A stretch of DNA of 64,000 nt from an uncultured delta proteobacterium. Its GTDB lineage: Bacteria; Myxococcota; Kuafuiibacteriia; Kuafuiibacteriales; Kuafuiibacteriaceae. A model generated the notes under the pieces. It had not been told where the DNA came from and made no database searches. It worked only from the letters and a program-made list of their open reading frames with translations. This document shows positions 55,466 through 64,000 of the stretch, piece by piece (the stretch's first letter is position 1; the number at the start of each line of letters is the position of its first letter). The translations under genes and the position numbers were made by a program. The DNA lies in assembly GCA_963803435.1 (NCBI GenBank), contig CAWDML010000001.1, positions 2,976,001 through 3,040,000 on the forward strand. Reading direction: 5' to 3'.

Positions 55466-57172
55466 TCACTCGGTGGCCAGCACCAGTCTCGACTCGCCGT
55501 CGAGATAGATCGTGTTCACGAGCGGCGTGCCGGACTCTCCCATGCCCAGCGCATCGGCGCCGTTCCCCGGGTTCCTGGCGAAGCGCGGGTAGTTGCTGCC
55601 GCTGAGGATCAGACCGATCCGGTGTCCGGCGGCGAACGTGTACGCGAGCTCCGACGTCATGTAGATCGAGAGGCGATAGCGCTCCCCGGGCGTGACCGTC
55701 GAGGGCGCGCTGTAGGCGTCCCTGAGCTTGAGCCGGCGGATGCCCTCTGCGATCAGCAGGTGCTCACCGGCCGGCGAGACGTCGGTGAGCCTCACCGCGA
55801 GATCGGTGTCGGCGCCCGTGGTGCTCAACGCGATCTCGACGGTGATCGGACCGCGGAGTCGCAGCGGCGCATCGAGCGGCGCGCTGGTGAACGCGCGAGC
55901 GTCGTCGCGGTCGAGCACGCGCGTCTGCGGCTGCGGACCGTGCGCGAGCACCGGCAGCAGCGTCGCGCCGCCGGTGCTTGGCGACGGATCGGCCGGATCG
56001 TACGGGATCGCTACGGTCGCGCTCACGGCCGGCGCGACCTCGGCGAGCCGATCGCCCGGCGCGAGATAGAAGGGACGCTCGGAGGTCACTGCGGGCGGCC
56101 AGCGATCGCCGCTCTCCCAGGCGTCCTCGCCGCTCGCCCGGTAGCGGACCTGCGACCATCGCTCCGCTTCGCTCGGTCGCCCGCGGAGGTGGAGGTCGAA
56201 GAACGCCAGCGCATCCTCTTGAACGCGCTTGTCGACGTCGAGATAGGCGGGATCGATCCCGTCCGCGTTCCCGCCCTCGCCGCCCGTTGCGAAGTGAACC
56301 CAGGGCCCGATCAGCAGGCGGTGCTCGTCGCGGACCGCCGGATCGCCCGCGCTCGCGAGCGCGTCGAAGGTGCGGAACGAGCCAATCGGGTAGAGATCGT
56401 ACCAGCCCGCCACCACCAGCGTGGGGACGCCGATCGCGGCCGGATCGATCGCCTGTCCGCTCAGGCGCCAGAGGTTGTCCTGGTAGGGATGATCGCGGAA
56501 CAGGTCGGCACCGAAGTACGCCCCCAGAAACGCGACGTACTCCTCGCGGAGGACGCCGCCCGGATAGACCTGCAGGTAGTCGGTGTTCATCTCGCAGAAG
56601 ATCGGGACCGCCGCCGACAGATGCGGCGGACGCTGCGCAGCGGTGCGGTACTGCTGAACGCAGAGCGCGGAGACACCGTAGGTTCCGACACGACCGTTCG
56701 ACCAGGGCTGCGCGGCGATCCACTCGACCGTGTCGTAGCCGTCCTGGCCGTACGGCTGCGCGCCCTCGACGCGGGCGTCCGTCGATCCGAAGAAGCCGCG
56801 CCAGTCGACCACCACCACCGCGTAGTCGAGGCTGTCGAACAGCGGCTGCGGAGAGGTCGGCTCGAGCCAGCTGCCGCGCGTCGCATTCTTGTCGTAGGGC
56901 GTCTGGATCAGGATCGTCGGCAGGCGGCAGTCGGACGGCGCCCGCACCAGCGCGGAGAGCGATCGGTCGTCCCGCATCGGGATCGAGACCTCCCGGACCT
57001 CGGGCGTGGCACAGGCCGGCGGGCCGGCGTCGGGCTCGACCATGGCGTCACCGGGACCCGCGTCCCCGGCGGAGCCCGCGTCCGCCGCGTCCTTGCCGGC
57101 GTCGAGGGTCGTGCTGCCTTCGGCGCACGCGACGCCGAGCGAGAGGAGCAAAAAACCGAGACGGGATCGCAT
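55466..57172 (-). CDS. CocE/NonD-family alpha/beta hydrolase lipoprotein
   Basis: GVA-C lipobox; IPMRD, QTPY, DWRG, DGYDTVEWIAAQPWSNGRVG, GVSA, GWYD, IGPWVH, SNYPRF. Confidence 0.9.
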   Translation of the reverse strand: MRSRLGFLLLSLGVACAEGSTTLDAGKDAADAGSAGDAGPGDAMVEPDAGPPACATPEVREVSIPMRDDRSLSALVRAPSDCRLPTILIQTPYDKNATRGSWLEPTSPQPLFDSLDYAVVVVDWRGFFGSTDARVEGAQPYGQDGYDTVEWIAAQPWSNGRVGTYGVSALCVQQYRTAAQRPPHLSAAVPIFCEMNTDYLQVYPGGVLREEYVAFLGAYFGADLFRDHPYQDNLWRLSGQAIDPAAIGVPTLVVAGWYDLYPIGSFRTFDALASAGDPAVRDEHRLLIGPWVHFATGGEGGNADGIDPAYLDVDKRVQEDALAFFDLHLRGRPSEAERWSQVRYRASGEDAWESGDRWPPAVTSERPFYLAPGDRLAEVAPAVSATVAIPYDPADPSPSTGGATLLPVLAHGPQPQTRVLDRDDARAFTSAPLDAPLRLRGPITVEIALSTTGADTDLAVRLTDVSPAGEHLLIAEGIRRLKLRDAYSAPSTVTPGERYRLSIYMTSELAYTFAAGHRIGLILSGSNYPRFARNPGNGADALGMGESGTPLVNTIYLDGESRLVLATE

Positions 57173-57225
57173 CGTCTGCTCCAACCCGGCGGCCGGGGAG
57201 AAGTTGCGCTATCGTCGGGCGGTCG

Positions 57226-57861
57226 ATGCGGTTCTCCACCGTCTCCGTGAGCGAGGTCTGGGCGGCCCGCGAGACCCTGTTGTCGGGTCTCACGCCCGCC
57301 GAGCGTGAGGTGTTCGATCAGCTGGCCGTCGACAAGCGCCGCCACGAGTGGTTCGCCGGCCGGATCGCGGCCAAGCGCGCGGTCCAGCGGGAGCTCGGGC
57401 TGCCGTTTCCGCGGCTCGAGATCCGTCTCGAGGAGAGCGGACGTCCCCTGCTCTTCGTCGATGAGAGACCGAGCGCGCTTCACCTCTCGATCACGCACTC
57501 GGGCGGGATCGCGGCGGCGATCGCGGCCTCACACCCGATCGGTCTCGACGTCGAACGGATCGAGCCGCGCGATCACACCTTCGAGGCGCTGGTGCTCACC
57601 GACGGCGACCGGTCGCGCCTCGACGGGCTCACCGGACCGGCGCGGGACGAGTCGCTGACGCTGCTGTGGTGTGAGAAGGAGGCCTACGCAAAGCTCGAGG
57701 GGAGCGGTCTTCGCATCCCCTTTGCGGACCTGGTGGTTCCGGCTCACGTCGCCGTGGAGCGCGGGACGCTCGCCGTGGGGGGCGTGCCCTTCGCCTTCGC
57801 GATCGTGATAGCGTCCGCCGAATGGCTGACTACACCTGCCCCCGCTGCCAAGGACCCGTGA
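57226..57861 (+). CDS. Sfp-type 4'-phosphopantetheinyl transferase
   Basis: GRIAAK, GRP, LSITHS, IGLDVE, WCEKEAYAK. Confidence 0.9.
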   Translation: MRFSTVSVSEVWAARETLLSGLTPAEREVFDQLAVDKRRHEWFAGRIAAKRAVQRELGLPFPRLEIRLEESGRPLLFVDERPSALHLSITHSGGIAAAIAASHPIGLDVERIEPRDHTFEALVLTDGDRSRLDGLTGPARDESLTLLWCEKEAYAKLEGSGLRIPFADLVVPAHVAVERGTLAVGGVPFAFAIVIASAEWLTTPAPAAKDP

Positions 57862-58085
57862 CCCGCGGCCAGAGCGGCGCCGTGTCGCGACAGTTCGGAG
57901 TCGCGGGTCTCCTGATCGGAATGGCGCTGGCGGGGTTTCAGTGCGTCAAGTGTGGGTCGATCCCCAAGAACGAGTTCCCGCCCGACGTGCGCTCGCAGAT
58001 GGCGCGCGGGTCCGTGACGATGGTCGTCATCGGCGTAGCGGTGCTGGGCGCCGCGATCGCGGTTGTGGTTGCCCTGAACTCGTGA
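57822..58085 (+). CDS. Small zinc-ribbon membrane protein
   Basis: CPRC..hydrophobic..CVKC, C-terminal TM. Confidence 0.6.
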   Translation: MADYTCPRCQGPVTRGQSGAVSRQFGVAGLLIGMALAGFQCVKCGSIPKNEFPPDVRSQMARGSVTMVVIGVAVLGAAIAVVVALNS

Positions 58086-58104
58086 CCGTGGTGAGCACGG
58101 CTCG

Positions 58105-61100
58105 ATGCGCCGTGCACTCCCGCTGCTCGCCCTCCTCGGCTGCGCTCTGAGCCCGGGCCGCTCCGCCGAGAACCAATCGCTGCCTGCAACCCAGCTTGCA
58201 CCGACGCTCGTCCGGCTGACGGCGACCTCCACCGCCGCCGCCAAGTGGGACGTCGAGCAGATGCCGGGCGAGACCAGCGAAGCCAAGATCGACACCGACG
58301 AGGGCACCTGGCTCAGCCTCGACGTCAGCCCCGACGGCAAGACGATCGCGTTCGACCTGCTCGGTGACCTCTACGTGATGCCGATCGGCGGCGGCGAGGC
58401 CACCCGGATCTCCGCGGGCGCCGCCTGGGAGATGCAGCCCCGCTTCTCGCCGGACGGCGCCTGGATCGCGTTCATCAGCGACCGGGACGGCATGGACAAC
58501 CTGTGGCTGATCAAGCCGGACGGCACGGGCGCGCGCCAGGTCAGCAAGGAGAAGGAGAACGAGCTCTCCAGCCCCGCGTGGACCCCCGACGGACGGTTCG
58601 TAGCGGTGCGGAAGCACTTCACCGCAGAGCGAAGCCTGGGTGCCGGGGAGATCTGGCTGTTCCATCGCTCGGGCGGATCGGGCTCGATGATGACGAAGCG
58701 GCCGAACGAGCAGAAAGATCTGGGGGAGCCCGCGTTCTCGCCGGACGGTCGCTTCCTCTATTTCACCCAGGACGTCACGCCCGGGAAGTTCTTCGAGTAC
58801 AACAAGAACCCGTACGACACGATCTACGTGACCAAGCGTCTTGAGCTCGACAGCGGCCGCATCGATCGCTTCATCGACATGCCCGGAGGATCGGTCACAC
58901 CGACGCCTTCGCCGGACGGAAGGTCGATCGCGTTCGTGCGCCGGGTCGGGTTGAAGACGGCGCTGTTCCTCCATGACGTGGCCTCGAACGGCGATCGGAT
59001 GCTCTTCGACGGTCTCGATCGCGACATGCAGGAGACCTGGGCGGTCCAGGGCGTCTATCCCGGCTTCGACTGGACGCCAGACGGGAGGTCGATCGTGGTG
59101 TGGGCCGGCGGCAAGATCCTCCGCGTCGACGCCCGCGATGGGCAGGCCCACGCGATCCCGTTTCACGTCGCCGACACGCGCAAGGTGTGGAAGGCGGTGC
59201 GGTTCCCCGTCGAGGTGCACCCGAAGCGGTTCCACACCAAGATGCTGCGCTGGATCACCGCGTCGCCGGACGGCAAGCGCGCCGTGTTCCAGACGTTCGG
59301 GCGGATCTGGATCCGCGAGCTACCGAACGGCAAGCCGCGGCGTCTCACGGACTCGAAGGAGGATCTCTTCGAGCAGCATCCGTCGTTCTCGCGCGACGGC
59401 CGCTCGGTCGTCTTCACCACCTGGAGCGATCGCGAGCTCGGCAGCGTGCGGACGGTGTCGGCCGGCGGCGGCGCGAGCCGAACGATCACCTCCGTCCCCG
59501 GCCACTACGTGGAGCCGGTCTTCTCTCCGGACGGCGCGCGCGTGGTGTACCGCAAGACCGGGTGGGACGATCCCCTCCGCTCGAACCTCTACACCCAGGA
59601 TCCGGGCCTCTACGTGATCCCGGCGAAGGGCGGCGAGCCCCACCTCGTGACGCGGGAAGGCCACGATCCTTACTTCGCGGCGGAGAACGATCGCGTCTAT
59701 TACCGCACCGAGGAGGGGGAAGGAGACGCCAGCCGGCGGGTGCTCGCCAGCATCGAGCTGGACGGCAGCGATCCGCGAAAGCACGCGAAGGTCGCGCTGG
59801 GGAGCGAGCTCGTGCTCTCGCCGGACGGAAAGCGGTTGGCGTTCCGCTGGAACTATCAGGCCTACGTGGCGCCGTTCTCACCGACGGGCCAGGCCGTGGA
59901 TCTGGGGCCCGAGAGCAAGTCGGTCCCGGTAGTGCGCGTGAGCAAGGACGCCGGCACCAACCTCCACTTCTCGGGCGACGGCAACCAGCTCTACTGGTCG
60001 ATGGGTCCGGTGCTGTTCGCGCGCGATCTCCGCGACGCCTTCGCCGAGGTCGAGGGCGCGCCGGAGAAGAAGCCGCCGGTGGCGGACCAGGGGACTGACC
60101 TCGGCTTCGACGTCGACTCCGACATCCCCGTCTCGAAGATCGCGATCGTGGGGGGCCGCCTGGTGACGATGAAGGGTGACGAGGTGATCGACGAGGGCGT
60201 CGTGCTGATCGATCACAACCGGATCACGGCGGTCGGCCCGCGCTCCAGCACGGCGATCCCGAAGGACGCGCGCGTGATCGACGCGGCCGGTACCACGATC
60301 ATCCCCGGGCTGGTCGACGTCCACCATCACGGCCCGCAGGGCGACGACGGTCTGATCCCGCAGGCCAACTGGGCGCTCCACTCATCGCTCTCGTTCGGCG
60401 TGACCACCGTGCACGACCCGTCGGCCGACACCGCGACGATCTTCGCCGCCTCGGAGCTGGCGCGCGCCGGGATCATCCTGGCGCCGCGCATCTTCTCCAC
60501 CGGCACGATCCTCTACGGCGGTCATGTCCCAGTGCACGCGCAGATCGACAGCCTCGACGACGCGCTGAACCACCTCCGGCGGATGAAGGCGGTGGGCGCG
60601 ATCTCCGTGAAGAGCTACCGCCAGCGACGCCGCTCGCAGCGACAGCAGGTGCTGGCCGCGGCCCGCCAGACCGAGATGATGGTGGTGCCGGAGGGCGCGA
60701 GCATGTTCGAGGCCAACATGAGCATGGTGGTCGACGGCCATACCGGCGTCGAGCACGCCGTGCCGGTGGCGAAGGTGTACCGCGATGTCGAGCAGCTCTG
60801 GTCCCAGACCGAGGTGGGCTGGACGCCGACGCAGGTCGTCGCGTACGGCGGCCTCTGGGGTGAGAACTACTGGTATCAGCACATGGACGTGTTCGCGCAT
60901 CCGCGTCTGACGGCGTTCGTGCCCTCGTTCGTCCTCGAACCGCGCGCGCGCCGCCGAATGATGGCGTCCGACGGCGACTGGAACCACTTCGCCGTGGCGC
61001 GCACCGCCAAGCAGCTCAGCGACGCGGGCGTGCGCGTCAACCTGGGCGCGCACGGCCAGCGCGAGGGGCTCGCCGTCCACTGGGAGCTGTGGATGTTCGT

Positions 61101-61401
61101 GCAGGGCGGCGCGACACCGCACCAGGCGCTCCGAAACGGGACGATCAACGGCGCGCACTACCTCGGGATGGACGGCGACATCGGATCGATCGAGCCGGGC
61201 AAGCTCGCGGACCTCGCCATCATCGACGGCGACGTGCTGAAGGACATCCGCACCTCCGAGAACGTCCGGTACACGGTGCTCAACGGCCGTGTGTACGACG
61301 CGGCCACCATGAACGAGGTCGCGCCCGAGAAGCGAGCGCGCCGCACGTTCTACTGGGAAACGTCCCCGCGCGAGGCGAAGTCCACAGGCGACCGCTTCTA
61401 G
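58105..61401 (+). CDS. PD40/TolB-like beta-propeller + amidohydrolase
   Basis: Many FSPDG repeats; PGLVDVHHH, GVTTVHDP, LGAHG, GSIEPGKLADL. Confidence 0.92.
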   Translation: MRRALPLLALLGCALSPGRSAENQSLPATQLAPTLVRLTATSTAAAKWDVEQMPGETSEAKIDTDEGTWLSLDVSPDGKTIAFDLLGDLYVMPIGGGEATRISAGAAWEMQPRFSPDGAWIAFISDRDGMDNLWLIKPDGTGARQVSKEKENELSSPAWTPDGRFVAVRKHFTAERSLGAGEIWLFHRSGGSGSMMTKRPNEQKDLGEPAFSPDGRFLYFTQDVTPGKFFEYNKNPYDTIYVTKRLELDSGRIDRFIDMPGGSVTPTPSPDGRSIAFVRRVGLKTALFLHDVASNGDRMLFDGLDRDMQETWAVQGVYPGFDWTPDGRSIVVWAGGKILRVDARDGQAHAIPFHVADTRKVWKAVRFPVEVHPKRFHTKMLRWITASPDGKRAVFQTFGRIWIRELPNGKPRRLTDSKEDLFEQHPSFSRDGRSVVFTTWSDRELGSVRTVSAGGGASRTITSVPGHYVEPVFSPDGARVVYRKTGWDDPLRSNLYTQDPGLYVIPAKGGEPHLVTREGHDPYFAAENDRVYYRTEEGEGDASRRVLASIELDGSDPRKHAKVALGSELVLSPDGKRLAFRWNYQAYVAPFSPTGQAVDLGPESKSVPVVRVSKDAGTNLHFSGDGNQLYWSMGPVLFARDLRDAFAEVEGAPEKKPPVADQGTDLGFDVDSDIPVSKIAIVGGRLVTMKGDEVIDEGVVLIDHNRITAVGPRSSTAIPKDARVIDAAGTTIIPGLVDVHHHGPQGDDGLIPQANWALHSSLSFGVTTVHDPSADTATIFAASELARAGIILAPRIFSTGTILYGGHVPVHAQIDSLDDALNHLRRMKAVGAISVKSYRQRRRSQRQQVLAAARQTEMMVVPEGASMFEANMSMVVDGHTGVEHAVPVAKVYRDVEQLWSQTEVGWTPTQVVAYGGLWGENYWYQHMDVFAHPRLTAFVPSFVLEPRARRRMMASDGDWNHFAVARTAKQLSDAGVRVNLGAHGQREGLAVHWELWMFVQGGATPHQALRNGTINGAHYLGMDGDIGSIEPGKLADLAIIDGDVLKDIRTSENVRYTVLNGRVYDAATMNEVAPEKRARRTFYWETSPREAKSTGDRF

Positions 61402-61418
61402 CGCACGGACGGAGTCGG

Positions 61419-61438
61419 AGGCGAAGGGCCGCTTCGCC
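61419..61438. terminator. Hairpin between convergent genes
   Basis: GGCGAAG-ggccg-CTTCGCC shortly after the amidohydrolase stop. Confidence 0.35.
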
Positions 61439-61481
61439 TGTCCACTGCGAGCTGTGAGGATGCGCGCGGCGCAGCGTCGCC

Positions 61482-61895
61482 TCAATCCGATCCGATCAGC
61501 TCCCAGGGAAACTTTCCGGTCTTCTTCTTCTTGCCCGGCTCCGGGAGCCCGCGCTCGGACCCCAGGAGCTTGTTCCAGGTCTGCTCGTCGACCGCGCCCT
61601 TGCGCGCGAGCGCCTTGAAGACGTCGCTGGGCGGCGCGAGCTTCGCGCCCACCATCAGGAGCTCGCGGGCGGTCGTCGGGGACTCGAGCTTCTTGTCGAG
61701 CAGATGCGCGACGCGGAAGACGTTCATCAGCGCCTCGCTCGCCGACGCGGTGCCCAGGAAGGGCTTCAACATCATCTCGATGGTCGAGAGCGCCTGCCCG
61801 CTGAGCTGGTAGCGATCGCCGCCGGGCTCGCCGTGCGTGAAGAGCGCGAAGATGGCCTCGGGGACGTCTTCAGGATCGAGGGAGGACGGGCTCAT
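61482..61895 (-). CDS. Hypothetical protein
   Basis: GC3-rich ORF, helical, basic C-terminus. Confidence 0.6.
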   Translation of the reverse strand: MSPSSLDPEDVPEAIFALFTHGEPGGDRYQLSGQALSTIEMMLKPFLGTASASEALMNVFRVAHLLDKKLESPTTARELLMVGAKLAPPSDVFKALARKGAVDEQTWNKLLGSERGLPEPGKKKKTGKFPWELIGSD

Positions 61896-61971
61896 CCAGA
61901 CAGCTTGAGCCCTTCCCATTCATTGTCGCAACCACCGAGCGCCGCCACCCGATATTCGTTCGGGGAATCCA

Positions 61972-63252
61972 ATGTCGAGCACTGATATTCGAGCCGCTCA
62001 CCAGAACGCACGCATCGCCTCGCCGAACGGCGAGAAGATCCGTGACCTCAACGCCGCCCACGCGATCCTGGGCTCCGCCGGCGAGACGATCCGTGGCGGG
62101 GAAGTCGACACTCTCAAGGAGATCTTCGCGGCCGAAGGCAAGAACCCCGCCAACGATGCCGAGGTCCGGGAGTGGGTCACCGAGCAGCTCCGCACCATGG
62201 AGGCGATCGAGAGCATCGCGCCCCAGATCAATCGCACCGTCTCTCAGCAGCGGCCCGGGTTCGAGCGCCTGCTCGCCGAGATGATGAAGGAGGGCACGCC
62301 CACCGAGTCGATCATCGCGCGCACGGCCAAGGCCTACGGCCTCGCGGTTCCGCCCGAGCTCGAGCACGTGTCCGAGGCGACCAAGAAGCTCCTCAACGCC
62401 GCCATCAAGAACGGCGCCACCTTCACCGACGCGCGCGCGCTCGAGAAGGGTGAATTCAACGTCGATCACGGATCGGTGATGCCGAAGGGCCTCAGCGAGC
62501 GCTATCCCCAGTGGCACGCGCTCGAGGACATCTATCAGGCGAGCGCCGCGCTCGAGCGACGCCCGAGCCTGCAGCCGCAGCAGATCGTCCGGGCCGACGG
62601 CCTGGATCCCCGATACACCATCCTCAACGGCGCGCGTGCGGCCAAGCTGGTGAGCGAGCCGCAGACGTTCAACGTCGAGACGCCCAACGGCAACGGCTTC
62701 GACCTCGAGCGGACCACGATGACCTGGGGCGAGTTCAGCCAGCTCGATCACAATCCCGACGCGATCGTGGCCGAGTACGACGAGAAGAGCCACCCCGACC
62801 ATCACGCCTGGACGCCGGGCGACGGTCCCTTCGCCAACAACGCGATGATCTGGTTGGACGGCACGCTCCACTTCCTCACCGCTCCGCGCCGGACCCTGAC
62901 GGACGACAAGATCAACCTCGGCGGCGGAATCCTCACCACCGGCTCCCTCGGTCGCGGCTACCCCGGCTGGTTCTGGGGCCACGTGGAAGGATCGGTGGTG
63001 GACTTGCCGAAGGATCCGAACGATCCCCAGAGCCCGTCGGTACCCACGTTCGTGATCGACCGCGTGGGCGTGTCGGGCTACATGTGCGGCGAGATCGCCG
63101 AGGGGCGGCTCACGATCCCGGATCCGGTGGACCTCATCAAGTCCGGGGGCCTGCGCACGCGGGACGGCCTCCAGGTCCAGTTCGAGAACGCCGAGAAGGG
63201 CCGATCGATCTGGAAGAATCCGACCACCGGCCTCATCGAAAAGAAGCCCTGA
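61972..63252 (+). CDS. Hypothetical protein (426 aa)
   Basis: Strong coding bias, GGGGA before ATG; no family recognised. Confidence 0.75.
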   Translation: MSSTDIRAAHQNARIASPNGEKIRDLNAAHAILGSAGETIRGGEVDTLKEIFAAEGKNPANDAEVREWVTEQLRTMEAIESIAPQINRTVSQQRPGFERLLAEMMKEGTPTESIIARTAKAYGLAVPPELEHVSEATKKLLNAAIKNGATFTDARALEKGEFNVDHGSVMPKGLSERYPQWHALEDIYQASAALERRPSLQPQQIVRADGLDPRYTILNGARAAKLVSEPQTFNVETPNGNGFDLERTTMTWGEFSQLDHNPDAIVAEYDEKSHPDHHAWTPGDGPFANNAMIWLDGTLHFLTAPRRTLTDDKINLGGGILTTGSLGRGYPGWFWGHVEGSVVDLPKDPNDPQSPSVPTFVIDRVGVSGYMCGEIAEGRLTIPDPVDLIKSGGLRTRDGLQVQFENAEKGRSIWKNPTTGLIEKKP

Positions 63253-63258
63253 GCGCCC

Positions 63259-64000
63259 TCAGCCGAATCGACGCTTGATCGCCGCGTAGGTGGCGCGCAG
63301 CCCCATCGCCTCGCCGCCCGCGGGCCGGCCCGGTTGCGAATCGAGGTTCCAGGCCATCACGTCGTAGTGAACCCAAGGCACGTCGTCGACGAACTCCCGC
63401 AGGAAGAGGGCCGCGGTGATCGCGCCGCCGTACCCTCCCCGTGAGACGTTGTTGATGTCCGCCACCTTGCTGTCGAGCAGGCGCCGGTACCCGGCCACCA
63501 GCGGCAATCGCCACAGCGGATCGGTGGTGCGGTCGGCGCTCTCGGCGAGGAGCGCGGCGGTCGGGTCGTGGTTCGTGAACATCGCCGGCACCTCGGTGCC
63601 GAGCGCGACGCGGGCGGCGCCGGTCAGGGTGGCGAAGTCCACGATCAGCTCCGGCTTCTCGCGCGCCGCTTCGGTCAGGGCGTCGCTGAGGATCAATCGT
63701 CCCTCGGCGTCGGTGTTGCCCACCTCGACGGTGAGCCCCTTCCGCGTGGTGATCACGTCGAGCGGACGGAACGCGTTGCCATCGACGGAGTTCTCGACGG
63801 CCGGGACGAGCACGCGGAGCCGGACCCTCACCGCGGCGTCCATGATCGCGTGCGCCAGCCCGAGGACGTGAGCCGCCCCGCCCATGTCCTTCTTCATCAA
63901 CAGCATGCCGTCGGCCGACTTCAGATCGAGCCCGCCGCTGTCGAAGCACACGCCCTTCCCCACCAGCGTGAGCTTGGGGTCATTCTTTCTCCCCCAGCGG
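63259..64000 (-). CDS. Leucyl aminopeptidase, M17 family (partial; 5' end outside window)
   Basis: LVGKGVCFDSGG, MKKDMGGAA, NTDAEGRL, DFATLTGA. Confidence 0.95.
   Translation of the reverse strand, partial: RWGRKNDPKLTLVGKGVCFDSGGLDLKSADGMLLMKKDMGGAAHVLGLAHAIMDAAVRVRLRVLVPAVENSVDGNAFRPLDVITTRKGLTVEVGNTDAEGRLILSDALTEAAREKPELIVDFATLTGAARVALGTEVPAMFTNHDPTAALLAESADRTTDPLWRLPLVAGYRRLLDSKVADINNVSRGGYGGAITAALFLREFVDDVPWVHYDVMAWNLDSQPGRPAGGEAMGLRATYAAIKRRFG

Overview
High-GC bacterial chromosome segment with typical Myxococcota gene content: FHA-sigma54 activator, Ser/Thr kinases, PEGA/TPR proteins, many Cys/DAG-rich lipoproteins and an MglA-like protein. About 46 CDS are supported. I saw no rRNA, tRNA, CRISPR array or mobile element. 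Housekeeping genes include skp-lpxD-fabZ-lpxA-lpxB, two acyl-CoA dehydrogenases, an enoyl-CoA hydratase, gshB, a CpxP/CpxR/CpxA-like trio, thpR, dksA and a partial M17 aminopeptidase. Two systems stand out. (1) A 2771-aa PfaA/HglE-like type I PKS has the order KS-KS-AT-ACP-[C45 autoproteolytic Ntn acyltransferase]-KR-DH. Both KS domains look catalytically intact, the ACP has Thr where the phosphopantetheine Ser is expected, and an Sfp-type PPTase lies nearby. (2) Two paralogous loci encode cNMP-binding domain + 4x[4Fe-4S] + di-heme-b-type membrane-domain proteins. One carries a permuted TrxR-like flavin domain inserted in its ferredoxin. Both sit next to multiheme c cytochromes, one of which is fused to tandem FHA domains, suggesting signal-gated trans-membrane electron conduits. 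Other observations: an adjacent pair of apparently inactive peptidoglycan enzymes, pervasive leaderless-type -10 boxes, two probable CTG starts, a small dispersed palindromic repeat, and two clear plus one possible single-base frameshift that may be assembly errors. All domain calls come from motif recognition by eye, not from database searches.
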